DNA of 64,000 bases from Alphaproteobacteria bacterium (GCA_045605805.1 JAZUQR010000021.1:32001-96000); one strand, 5' to 3'. Numbered from the stretch's first letter, positions 49,498 to 59,013 are shown. Notes: generated from the sequence alone by a model not told the origin. A program made the numbers and translations.

Positions 49498-49861
49498 GGA
49501 TAAAGATACCGTTTATGTTGATACACTTAAAGACGTGAAATATGTGGTATCATTATTAGAAGATATAAATCAACCGATAAACACTCAATTGTCTTCATTG
49601 CTACAGATTTGTTGTATGATGTCTGCTGACGTGACGGTGATTGAATACCTGCTCGCAGAAGGTGCAAACCCGAATTATTTGGACTATAGGGGTTGGACTG
49701 CCAGAGATTATGCCTCCTTTAACAAAAATCCTATTGCCATGCTTTTAATTTACGGGTTGCTGGAACGATATGAAGATAAGTTCCCAAAGGAAGATGCAAG
49801 GAAACGCCGAGAAGAGATTCTAGATTGGGCATTTAAAAAAGAAAAGAAACCCTCGAATTAA
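49481..49861 (+). CDS. Ankyrin-repeat-like protein
   Basis: VIEYLLAEGANPNYLDYRGWTARDYA ankyrin consensus. Confidence 0.8.
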   Translation: MSKKNKDKDTVYVDTLKDVKYVVSLLEDINQPINTQLSSLLQICCMMSADVTVIEYLLAEGANPNYLDYRGWTARDYASFNKNPIAMLLIYGLLERYEDKFPKEDARKRREEILDWAFKKEKKPSN

Positions 49862-49869
49862 CGAGGGTT
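49844..49869. repeat. 26-bp hairpin repeat copy 1 (terminator-like)
   Basis: AAGAAACCCTCGAATTAACGAGGGTT, identical to 50437-50462. Confidence 0.9.
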
Positions 49870-49875
49870 TTGTTT

Positions 49876-50334
49876 TTATTTGATCGCAATCTTGCGAGAT
49901 TTAGGTGGAGCAATTGCTTTCTTGGGCAAGTCAATTGTTAGAACACCTTTCTTAAAGTTTGCTTCAATCTTATCATCAGCAATATTGTCTGGCAATCTCA
50001 CCGAACGACTGAAAGTACCATAAGAACATTCTTTCAAATAATATCCTTTATCCTTCTCCTCGGTTTCTGCTTTCTTTTCGCCACTGATGGTTAGCAAGCC
50101 ATCGTCAATGGACAATTCGATATCCTTTTCATCCATTCCGGGCAGTTCTGCTTTGATTTCAAATTTATCTTTTAATTCAGCAACATCCAACTTTGGAACC
50201 ATAACTGCATGTGTCTCTGTGGTTTCCAATGGACTCATAAATGCGTCGAACAGGCGATTTATGTCGGATTGTAATCCCCAAACATCATTTGTTCTTGGTT
50301 CTAGTTCAGTTCTCTTTACAATATAATGTGACAT
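49876..50334 (-). CDS. Hsp20/alpha-crystallin small heat-shock protein
   Basis: AELPG, LTISGEK, YGTFSRSVRLP, ANFKKGVLTI.LPK. Confidence 0.95.
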   Translation of the reverse strand: MSHYIVKRTELEPRTNDVWGLQSDINRLFDAFMSPLETTETHAVMVPKLDVAELKDKFEIKAELPGMDEKDIELSIDDGLLTISGEKKAETEEKDKGYYLKECSYGTFSRSVRLPDNIADDKIEANFKKGVLTIDLPKKAIAPPKSRKIAIK

Positions 50335-50386
50335 AATCTTTCTCCTTTCATTGCTGGGATTCACAGTTTCCCAATCAACACTTAAC

Positions 50387-50415
50387 ATATGGTTTTATTC
50401 TCTTCCTTGTGCAAG
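50387..50415 (-). promoter_or_regulatory. Putative sigma32 promoter of hsp20
   Basis: Minus strand CTTGCA-N16-ACCATAT. Confidence 0.6.
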
Positions 50416-50436
50416 GGGTTTTGAAAAATATTTTTT

Positions 50437-50462
50437 AAGAAACCCTCGAATTAACGAGGGTT
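50437..50462. repeat. 26-bp hairpin repeat copy 2
   Basis: Identical to 49844-49869, same orientation. Confidence 0.9.
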
Positions 50463-50505
50463 ATTTTTTACTGGAATGTGGGTGAAAGCGCGCCCACAAA
50501 AGTAT

Positions 50506-51039
50506 TTATCGCTGAATCATCTCATCTAATTGTTCTTTGGATACCCCATTACTATAAAAGATGTTTTCCAAAGCACTGACCCTATGTTTAAGTGTGGCAA
50601 GTTCTGTCTCTAACTTTTGAACACGCATAGTTAGTTCCTGATTAGATAGGACTAAATCAGTCCGTTCATTGACTAATTGTTCATTACGGTCAGTTTCTTG
50701 TGATAATTGGTCATTCAGGTATTTGTTATCTCGCTCAAAGTTATCTCTGTCCTCTTTTAATATCTTCTTATCCAAGTTCCGCATGTCTTCAAAGAGTGGT
50801 TTGTATTCCTGACCTGTTAGGGATAGTATTCTCCTTCCCATTTTATCAATTTCTTTATAAAGGTATCCATCCCTTATCAAGTCATTTACAAATGTCTTGG
50901 CAGTGCTTTCGGTTAGATCTAATCCTTTAGCAATATATTCGTTGCTGGCAAAGAACTGATGCCCATTTTGCGTTTTATATTTTACAAAGTCCAACAAGAC
51001 CCGTTTTGTGATGGACAAATCTGATTTACTTTTACTCAT
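50506..51039 (-). CDS. Winged-HTH plus coiled-coil protein, candidate replication initiator
   Basis: FASNEYIA..L.L...T....NDL...GYL resembles the HTH of phage/plasmid Rep proteins; adjacent to iterons. Confidence 0.65.
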   Translation of the reverse strand: MSKSKSDLSITKRVLLDFVKYKTQNGHQFFASNEYIAKGLDLTESTAKTFVNDLIRDGYLYKEIDKMGRRILSLTGQEYKPLFEDMRNLDKKILKEDRDNFERDNKYLNDQLSQETDRNEQLVNERTDLVLSNQELTMRVQKLETELATLKHRVSALENIFYSNGVSKEQLDEMIQR

Positions 51040-51228
51040 AAAAACTCCTTAAATTGATTTTCAGCAATTCCGCACTAAACTCGCAATTTATCAAAGGCAT
51101 TTGATATTGCTCGTGTAAGTGCTCATTGATAACTTTGAAAAAACAATCAGAGCAATGATTGTTTTATTCTTTGTTATTTATCCGCCCGAAGATGGATTTC
51201 ACCATTTTTCAAAAAAAATCTTCACGGT

Positions 51229-51371
51229 GACCGTTATGTTCGGTTTTTGAGGGGGTGATGACCGTTATGTTCGGGTTTGGCATTTTGGGTGACCGTTATG
51301 TTCAGGGGTGATAACTGTTATCCCCACTACTGAAGACCGTTATGTTCGGTAGTGGTGACCGTTATGTTCGG
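51229..51371. repeat. Iteron-like array GACCGTTATGTTCGG (candidate oriV)
   Basis: Copies at 51229, 51260, 51291 (1 mismatch), 51335, 51357, degenerate at 51313; AT-rich tract follows at ~51425-51510. Confidence 0.85.
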
Positions 51372-51632
51372 TGCTTTTTCATGAAACTCAATACTGACGG
51401 GGGTTACAGAGGTGTTTTTTAGTCCTATAATATAATTATAATAGAAATAAAATAGAATCTATTATATAAGGGAATTTACAATAGATTTCTTTTTTCTGTG
51501 ATTAAAATATAGGCCTTTTAACTAATTGGGAATATCAGTCAGGGAAAATAATAGAGGCAACTGCCTGATGCCATCACACAGAAAGAAAACAAAGTTGGTA
51601 GCCGCCTTTTGGCGAGCGGGTGGCTGGTTTGC

Positions 51633-51661
51633 TTGACTTTGATATGAGTTTTTGCTACACT
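51633..51661 (+). promoter_or_regulatory. Sigma70 promoter of nuclease operon
   Basis: TTGACT-N17-TACACT with extended -10 TG. Confidence 0.65.
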
Positions 51662-51694
51662 ATATTTCAATAAACAAATGGTATAGGGCATCCC

Positions 51695-52846
51695 ATGGAT
51701 AATACTACGATTTCATTCCCTTACAATAAAAGAAATACAGGATTTCATTCTGGTTGCGGATACGAATATCAGCGATATGCTTTTTTATGGGCCTGTACAA
51801 AATTAAAAAAAGATAATTATGTCACTTTTGAGCGTATTGAAGATATTGAATTTGGAACTGTGAGCACTGATTCCCTGCATATTATCATACAAGTAAAAGA
51901 AGTGGGAAGCTCTATTCAATTAAAAGAATTATTACCAGAAATTGAAAAAGCTTGGCAATATCTGATTGATTCAGAAAAAACTACTAATTTTTGGTACATT
52001 ACTACGCAATCAGTAAAATTAGAAACTCCGCCTTTATGTGCTAATTCACCACAAAAGAGTGGCATAGAAATTTGGAACAACCCAGCAAATAAACAGGAAT
52101 TTCAAGCTTTAATAAATTTTTTATCACAGACAACATCACAATCGCTTAAAGATTTTTTAAAAAGAGAACAAAATACGCCCAATGCAATACGAGATTCATT
52201 AGTTTCTAACATAACTTTCTGGGATAAAACCCCATATTTGGAGGAACTTAATAGAAAAATTGAAGCATCATTAACAAATTTTTTAGAACAAAATGGTTAC
52301 CAATACCCCAACATTTCAGCTTTGGCTGCGGTATTAAAAAGGGAGATAGACATTTTGATGGATAATGTCCACAAAGGACATGGAAAAGAATTCAAATTAT
52401 TTTATTCTGATTTTCAGAATTTAGTCCGTAAAAATATAAATTTACCCAATTCATATACACAAACCAATATAGACGATTCAACGTCTATTAACATAGGAAA
52501 TAGAAGCTTTGGCAATAGATTAGTTGAAACAATACAAAACTTGTTTAAAAATGAACAAAAAATTATTGATACAGTAAAAAAACTTGATACTATTTCTTCT
52601 GCAGAAGAATATTGTCAAGAAGTTGCGGTTTTGCTTTCAGAAGCAATACGGATACGCACGCATAAAACTCTTGATGTACATTTAAAAAGCATAAATGATC
52701 TTAATCAACAAGAATATAGTTGTTTTGTTTTTGCGGATCAATTGATTTGTGCTTTACAAAAAGGGAATATGGATAGAGGTATTGCGGAAAAACAAGCCAT
52801 CAAGTTGATAACGCAATTACAAATTTTTTACAACAGGAGCGAATAA
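51695..52846 (+). CDS. Protein with N-terminal Cap4/DUF4297-like PD-(D/E)xK nuclease domain
   Basis: GYEYQ...FERIEDI...IQVK motif. Confidence 0.7.
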   Translation: MDNTTISFPYNKRNTGFHSGCGYEYQRYAFLWACTKLKKDNYVTFERIEDIEFGTVSTDSLHIIIQVKEVGSSIQLKELLPEIEKAWQYLIDSEKTTNFWYITTQSVKLETPPLCANSPQKSGIEIWNNPANKQEFQALINFLSQTTSQSLKDFLKREQNTPNAIRDSLVSNITFWDKTPYLEELNRKIEASLTNFLEQNGYQYPNISALAAVLKREIDILMDNVHKGHGKEFKLFYSDFQNLVRKNINLPNSYTQTNIDDSTSINIGNRSFGNRLVETIQNLFKNEQKIIDTVKKLDTISSAEEYCQEVAVLLSEAIRIRTHKTLDVHLKSINDLNQQEYSCFVFADQLICALQKGNMDRGIAEKQAIKLITQLQIFYNRSE

Positions 52847-52847
52847 C

Positions 52848-55754
52848 ATGACATTTTTAGAACTAAAACAACAAATAGATGCGGCTCTAATGAACAATAA
52901 TATTGAAAGCAATCTCGATAGATTGTTACCAGAATTAAAGCTACCTAAAAATGAACAATTGTTTTATTACCTGTTTCAAGTGGTTAAGAATACAGAATTG
53001 TTTGAGTATTTTAGAGAAAATAATTTGCTTTCACCAATACAATACGGAAATGATGAGCAACGCTGTATAAGTTGGCCAGCCTTGCCATATTTACAAAGTA
53101 TAGTAACGGAAAAAGAAACTGAAGTAGCCGATTTAATCAGCTCTTTACCATTCCACAAGGACCTCAAAATAGATCATTTGGTCTTAAGTGGTCTTTTACA
53201 GCTAGCCCTAAATTTTCAACACAAAGAAAATTTACTAAAAATTTGTAATAAACTTATAAACATTTTAAATCAAGGGATAGAACTTCCTTCATATTTTAAT
53301 GCCGATGTTTTTATTGACTTCATAATCAAACTCAAAACTTTAAAATGCATTCATAATGCATTTAAATTGCTGGAAGCATTATTAACGCTTAAACTTGTCC
53401 CAGATCAATTATTTGCTTCTAAACAACCTGAGTATAACGCAATTCCTCGGTTTCAGAATAGCAAAGAAACTGGAGAAAATCATTTTTACCATACACTCAC
53501 TGAAAAGAGTGCATCCACAACTAAGAATCAAAAAGATATTTTATCACTATTCAAGATATATTATAAAGTTCTAGACAATGTATTATGTACAAAAACATTG
53601 ACTAGTACTGATCGTGAGATGTTAAATTGGCGTATCTGTTTTAGAAGACCTGCAATTGAGGATGATCCACAAAATATTAATGCAGAAGAACCTATTTCTA
53701 ATATAATTGATGTGATACGGGATTTATCCGCTAAAATCATGCAATATAATTCCAAGAACACACAGATGACAGTAATCAATTTGCTGAAAAAAGGACATGG
53801 AGATATCTTTAAGAGAATTTTATTATATCTAGCCCACCGTTTTCCAAGTAAATTAAAAAAATATATTGCAGATATATTGCCCAACAAAACTTACTTTACG
53901 GGCACAAAACTTGCTACGAATGTGTATCATGAATATTATCAATTGCTACAACAGGAATTCCAGAACCTATCCAAACAAAAACAGAATCTAATTATAGGAT
54001 ATATATTAGAAGGTCCTGAAAAAGATTCCGATATGACAACGGATCAAATAGAATATTGGAAATTTAAAAAATTGCACTCTATTCACAAAGGGTTACCCGC
54101 TGGTATACAACAATATTATGACACTTTAGAACGAAAATTTAAGGATAAAATAGAACATCCTGAATTTTTACATTATATGTCTTCGTTTGTTGGTTATCCA
54201 ACTCCAAAGACAGAGGAAGAACTATCGACAATGTCTATTGAACAAATTGTGGACTTTATGAAAACTTGGAAACCTGAAGACAAAGGTATTCGTTCTCCCG
54301 ATAGAAGCGGTCTAAGTGATGTATTAGCAAAAGATATACGTAAAAGACCTCAGGAATATATAAAGCATCTTCATTTATTTAAAGATGTGAACGAACCAAC
54401 TTACATTAGCACACTATTGAATACGCTTTGGAACACAAATCAAATTATGCCTAATTTTATTGAAATTTGTGAAGTGATTAAATGGGCATTAACAAAAAAG
54501 AAAGAAAAATTTGAAGATAGAGAGAGTATCTTTGATGGAGACAGGGATTGGCATCAGGTGTACAGAGCTGCTATGAATATCTTTGTCCATTATTTCCATA
54601 ATCTTACAGGGAAAGAAACTCTATCACAGGATGATATAAACAATATTAAAGATGCCTATAGTATTATTCAAGAAATAACGCTTATGGAGGATTCTTGGTT
54701 AAAAAAGCAACAGATGTCATCTAAAGAACCTCCAATTGAGCACTATCAAAGGGCTATTAACTCTTTGCATGGTGATGCAATGACTGCTTTATTCCAGTAT
54801 GGAATGTGGCAAAATAGAGCAAATTTACATTTAAATGATGTTCCAACACATTTGGAAAAGGTTTTAACAGATAATCATTATCCAGAAACTTATGCTGTCA
54901 TAGGCCGACATTTACCTTGGATAAAATCTATGAATGAAGAATGGTTTGCAGCTAATTTGGATAAACTCTTACCAGAAGATAATAATGAAACTTTTGATGT
55001 AACATGGTTGTGTTATGTACATTTTGTAGCTCCCTATAGTGACATGTATGATATTTTAAAACAAAAATTCACTTATGCTTTAAATAGAAACTATAAAAAG
55101 ACAGAAGATAACACAGAAAATGGTGGAACGGCCGCTCACCTAGCAATGTATTATGGGCGAGGAACGATTGCTTTGGAAGATCCAATCTTTGATATATTGC
55201 TTCCTCAACAACAAGAGACATTTGAAGGAGTTTCTTTGCTAAGCTACATTGGTAGATCTTTACGTGATGAGGCTAATAAGAACTTAGAACCAATTTATTA
55301 TGAAAGATTCAAAAATCTATGGGGGAAATATAGAGCTACTATTGCCGAAAACGAGCAAAACCATAAGGATGGCCTTAAATCTTTTGGACACTGGTATACT
55401 TCGGGCGTTTTTGATCAAAAGTGGGCTTTAAATCAACTACATGATATTGTTTGTACACATAATATTATCCCTACAACCTATGGGTTAATTGATCAATTGA
55501 TTGTAGATGTAGATTGTGATGCCCTAAAATCTATAGAGATTGTGGAAAAATTGGTAACGCAATCGGATAGAGATTTTCTTGATATCACCATAACAGATTT
55601 AGAAAACTTGTTTAATAAAATAAATGAGAAAGAATCAGCTGATATTAAAGCAAAAGCATTAACAATCTTGGAAAATATTATTAACAGTAAAAATAATCTA
55701 GAAATATGTTCAAGATTAGAACCTATAGTTAATTCTCTTAAGGCAAAGTTATAA
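52848..55754 (+). CDS. Large alpha-helical protein, candidate defence sensor
   Basis: 968-aa ORF with its own RBS (AGGAG); WPALPYL, EHPEF, AINSLHG, IGRHLPWI motifs; no Walker A found. Confidence 0.75.
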   Translation: MTFLELKQQIDAALMNNNIESNLDRLLPELKLPKNEQLFYYLFQVVKNTELFEYFRENNLLSPIQYGNDEQRCISWPALPYLQSIVTEKETEVADLISSLPFHKDLKIDHLVLSGLLQLALNFQHKENLLKICNKLINILNQGIELPSYFNADVFIDFIIKLKTLKCIHNAFKLLEALLTLKLVPDQLFASKQPEYNAIPRFQNSKETGENHFYHTLTEKSASTTKNQKDILSLFKIYYKVLDNVLCTKTLTSTDREMLNWRICFRRPAIEDDPQNINAEEPISNIIDVIRDLSAKIMQYNSKNTQMTVINLLKKGHGDIFKRILLYLAHRFPSKLKKYIADILPNKTYFTGTKLATNVYHEYYQLLQQEFQNLSKQKQNLIIGYILEGPEKDSDMTTDQIEYWKFKKLHSIHKGLPAGIQQYYDTLERKFKDKIEHPEFLHYMSSFVGYPTPKTEEELSTMSIEQIVDFMKTWKPEDKGIRSPDRSGLSDVLAKDIRKRPQEYIKHLHLFKDVNEPTYISTLLNTLWNTNQIMPNFIEICEVIKWALTKKKEKFEDRESIFDGDRDWHQVYRAAMNIFVHYFHNLTGKETLSQDDINNIKDAYSIIQEITLMEDSWLKKQQMSSKEPPIEHYQRAINSLHGDAMTALFQYGMWQNRANLHLNDVPTHLEKVLTDNHYPETYAVIGRHLPWIKSMNEEWFAANLDKLLPEDNNETFDVTWLCYVHFVAPYSDMYDILKQKFTYALNRNYKKTEDNTENGGTAAHLAMYYGRGTIALEDPIFDILLPQQQETFEGVSLLSYIGRSLRDEANKNLEPIYYERFKNLWGKYRATIAENEQNHKDGLKSFGHWYTSGVFDQKWALNQLHDIVCTHNIIPTTYGLIDQLIVDVDCDALKSIEIVEKLVTQSDRDFLDITITDLENLFNKINEKESADIKAKALTILENIINSKNNLEICSRLEPIVNSLKAKL

Positions 55755-55761
55755 GTTCAAA

Positions 55762-56535
55762 ATGACAAAAGGTATCTGTAAGTATTGTGGCAAGGAAAAG
55801 GAACTCATTAATTCGCACATAATTCCTAAAAGTTTGTGCCAAACGGACAAGTTTGGCCCTATGGTTGGTGTAGATTCTGTTTCTAAACGGTTTGATCATA
55901 ATCCAAAACACCAAAGCGGGCAAAAAGAACCTTTGTTATGTAAAGAATGTGATAATTTAATTGGTAAGCTAGATAATTACGCTAGTAAAGTATTTAAGCA
56001 AATTATACCCAAACACAAATGGGATATTGTTAATGGTTATCTCTTATGCAAATTACTTCCTGAAGAAGTAGATTATTGGACATTAAAAAAGTTTTTAATT
56101 TCTCTAATGTGGCGGGCATCTGTTGATTCAAGCGATATACATCTTGGTAAATATGAAGATATTGCTTTAAAAATGATAAAAGATGAACTGCAAGACGATC
56201 CAAACCTTTTTGTCCCATTAATATACGCTTCAAGGACGCAGACACCATTAGACTTTGCAAATGGAATATTCGGTAGCAAAACACGGGGAAAACACATATA
56301 TATTATTCACTTTCCTCATTATAAAATTACTATCATTCCATGCATAGAGCATTCTACAAATCCAAGAGAAATGGAATCATTTAAAGCATTTTTCAATCCA
56401 AAGCACATTATTATTCAAACCAATTTCTTACCGACAGATGATGATCACCATCCCCTTGAAGTTTTAGAAGGATGCAAAAAAAATGAATTAAAAAATAAGA
56501 AAAAGAATAATAAATCAAATTTCTTTATTCTCTAA
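55762..56535 (+). CDS. HNH-like (zinc-binding) endonuclease
   Basis: CKYC..SHIIP...LLCKECDN. Confidence 0.75.
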   Translation: MTKGICKYCGKEKELINSHIIPKSLCQTDKFGPMVGVDSVSKRFDHNPKHQSGQKEPLLCKECDNLIGKLDNYASKVFKQIIPKHKWDIVNGYLLCKLLPEEVDYWTLKKFLISLMWRASVDSSDIHLGKYEDIALKMIKDELQDDPNLFVPLIYASRTQTPLDFANGIFGSKTRGKHIYIIHFPHYKITIIPCIEHSTNPREMESFKAFFNPKHIIIQTNFLPTDDDHHPLEVLEGCKKNELKNKKKNNKSNFFIL

Positions 56536-57111
56536 AAACTTATACAAAGTTCCTTTACTAACCTTCATAATTTTGGCAATTTGGTTTTTACTCACGCCTT
56601 TCGCCAACAACTTGCTTATTTTGTTGCGATTTTTAGATAACTTTAAGGCCCGAGAACGAGCACCAACGGGTCTCCCCAATTTTTTACCACTAGCCTTTAA
56701 GCGTGCCAAACTTTCCTTTACTCTTTCCTGTAATAAGGATTTAGATAACTCAGCAGATAGTCCAAAGGCAAATGCCAACACCTTGCTTTGAATATCAGCT
56801 CCCAAGCGGAAGTTTTCTTTCAATGTCCATATCTGACATTCCTTTTCTAAACACATTTGAAGAATATTCATCACTTCTAACAAACTACGCCCAAGGCGGG
56901 AAATCTCGGTTGTGATGAGAATATCTCCACCTTTCAGGTTGTTTAGTAATCGTCCCAATTGTCTTTCCTTTAATTTCTTGCTGCTGGAAATTTTTTCTTC
57001 CACCCAAGTATCTATATGTAAATTATTTGCTTTTGCGAAATTTTCTATCGCAAAGTGTTGATTTTCTTCATTTTGATGAGCTGTTGAAACTCTGCAATAC
57101 CCATAAATCAT
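56515..57111 (-). CDS. Serine recombinase (resolvase/invertase)
   Basis: YGYCRVST..Q, SRLGRS, ER, GRP, C-terminal HTH. Confidence 0.95.
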   Translation of the reverse strand: MIYGYCRVSTAHQNEENQHFAIENFAKANNLHIDTWVEEKISSSKKLKERQLGRLLNNLKGGDILITTEISRLGRSLLEVMNILQMCLEKECQIWTLKENFRLGADIQSKVLAFAFGLSAELSKSLLQERVKESLARLKASGKKLGRPVGARSRALKLSKNRNKISKLLAKGVSKNQIAKIMKVSKGTLYKFLENKEI

Positions 57112-57156
57112 TTGAACTCCTTTTATATTGTTTGACATACATATTTATCGGTTCAG

Positions 57157-57294
57157 TTTTAACCAAGGTTAAAAGTCAACTACTTTTTTGTATTTTTTAA
57201 TAAATTCGTTTAAAAGGTAAAAACTCTATAAATATCAATGAAATATCCCATATTTACTATACCACATAAATTCATCGGTCACTTAACCTTGGTT
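57157..57294. promoter_or_regulatory. Candidate res or operator region between divergent resolvase and XRE genes
   Basis: Palindrome TTTTAACC-AA-GGTTAAAA (57157-57174) and inverted partial copy TTAACCTTGGTT (57283-57294). Confidence 0.5.
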
Positions 57295-57302
57295 TTTATA
57301 CA

Positions 57303-57575
57303 ATGTCCGCATACAAAAACACAGTAAGGGAAGATATGACTGAAAAAGAGTTTCTAAAAATTGTTGGGACAAACATAGCTTATTATCGCAAGTTGGCGGG
57401 CTACTCACAAAAAGAATTTGCGAAACGGTCTGGTTTAAAACTGGTAACCATTGGATCACTGGAGTGTGGTATGGCTGGAACAACAATTAAAACTCTTAAG
57501 AAAATTTCTGATTCTTTAAATATTTTGCCTGAATACTTGATAAAAATCCCCGAAGGAAGGAGAAAAAGTTTATGA
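57303..57575 (+). CDS. XRE-family HTH regulator (alternative start 57336)
   Basis: NIAYYRK..GYSQKEFA...G.....I..LE.G. Confidence 0.88.
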   Translation: MSAYKNTVREDMTEKEFLKIVGTNIAYYRKLAGYSQKEFAKRSGLKLVTIGSLECGMAGTTIKTLKKISDSLNILPEYLIKIPEGRRKSL

Positions 57576-58042
57576 AAAAGAGAAAAGTGAACATTTTGGA
57601 ATTATTAAATCAATTTCTACACATTATTCCTATTTTTGGAATGCTGATGGGGTATTGTCTTTTACCGTTTTTAAAACCTGAAACAAAGTTTGCATATGTT
57701 ATATCTGCATATACAATCGTTTCTACTAGCTTTATTTTTATTGGAGAACTGATTGATTGGTATTATGAAACAAAAAGATACAGAAAACTACCTGATGATG
57801 TCATAAAATATCTAAAATTATATCCTGCGGTAGTTCCCTTATATTATGTTGCTTTATCTTTAATTTTTGTCCCTGTTATTTTATTTGCTCTTTTTAACTA
57901 CTGGACAAACTGTCCTATTCACTGGTGTTCACTAATTGTTTCATTTCTATCCGCAGCAACTGTTTTTACTTATTTAGATGATTATGTTCGTGAGGAAAAT
58001 GAGGATTTTTGTGATGAATTTTTTTATTGGGGGAATTTTTAA
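57572..58042 (+). CDS. Hypothetical four-TM membrane protein
   Basis: Four hydrophobic segments; coupled to both neighbours. Confidence 0.7.
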   Translation: MKKRKVNILELLNQFLHIIPIFGMLMGYCLLPFLKPETKFAYVISAYTIVSTSFIFIGELIDWYYETKRYRKLPDDVIKYLKLYPAVVPLYYVALSLIFVPVILFALFNYWTNCPIHWCSLIVSFLSAATVFTYLDDYVREENEDFCDEFFYWGNF

Positions 58043-58998
58043 TGAATCAATCCTGCCCCCAAATATCTATTATCATACCTGTATACAATGTTGAGCAATA
58101 CTTACCTGATTGTTTGGAATCAGTATTGGCACAAACATTTACGGACTTTGAGGTTATATGTGTAAATGATGGCAGTCCAGATGGGTGTAGCAAGATTCTT
58201 GATAAATTCGCAGCTAAAGACAAAAGGATTAAAATAATTACACAAGAGAATCAAGGGCTTTCAATGGCACGGAACAATGGGCTAAAAGAAGCAATTGGTG
58301 AATACATATTCTTTTTAGATTCAGATGATTATGTACATCCCCAACTGTTGGAGATTTGTTATACCCTTGCTCAAAAAGAAGTAGCTGACATGGTAAGCTT
58401 TAATTTTCAAAAGGTTGAACTTGGAGATTTTATATCACATCGTCAGTACGATATAAACAATCTGGAATACACGATAACAAATAACCCTCTTTATTATCAA
58501 AAAAAACGCCATAAGCATAAGATTTCTGTCAATTCATGGTCAAAATTATTTAAAAAGGATCTTATTCATGATTTAACATTTATTCCAGAGATAACAAGTG
58601 AAGATTATCCACACACATATGCTGTACTTGCACACCATCCAAGAACAGTAATTTTAGATATCCCTCTATACTATTATATGCATAATCCGAATTCTATTAC
58701 CTTAACAGATATAACCGTAAGAAAAATACAAGATTTTCAATCTGGACTAAACTCTCTTATAGATATCTATAGCAAAGCATCCAAAAAGGAAAGACGCTTT
58801 GTGAGACATGAATTGTTCCCCAACATATTAAAACAGGAATTAAATAGGATTCAAAGGGCGCCAAACGAAAAGCAACCTGAGCTATATGCCGCTTTTGCAG
58901 AGGAACTAAGTGATTTGAATTCAAAAGGTTGGTTAAAACCTTGGGGGCATAAAATCAGCAGATATTTTAAATATAGAAAGCTAATTAAGAAATATTAA
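58042..58998 (+). CDS. GT2 glycosyltransferase
   Basis: ISIIIPVYN, VNDGSPD, N.GLS.ARN.G, FLDSDD, ED. Confidence 0.93.
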   Translation: MNQSCPQISIIIPVYNVEQYLPDCLESVLAQTFTDFEVICVNDGSPDGCSKILDKFAAKDKRIKIITQENQGLSMARNNGLKEAIGEYIFFLDSDDYVHPQLLEICYTLAQKEVADMVSFNFQKVELGDFISHRQYDINNLEYTITNNPLYYQKKRHKHKISVNSWSKLFKKDLIHDLTFIPEITSEDYPHTYAVLAHHPRTVILDIPLYYYMHNPNSITLTDITVRKIQDFQSGLNSLIDIYSKASKKERRFVRHELFPNILKQELNRIQRAPNEKQPELYAAFAEELSDLNSKGWLKPWGHKISRYFKYRKLIKKY

Positions 58999-59013
58999 TT
59001 CATAGGAGATAAA

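Noticed and set aside
50335-50386. ROSE thermometer in the hsp20 leader
   Set aside because: A hairpin exists but the SD lies outside it and no U(U/C)GCU anti-SD motif was seen
51229-51371. CRISPR array
   Set aside because: Repeats are only 15 bp, gaps are 7-29 bp and no cas genes are present; phasing fits iterons
52371-52391. Walker A in the nuclease gene (KGHGKE)
   Set aside because: Lacks GxxxxGK[ST], a preceding hydrophobic strand and any Walker B
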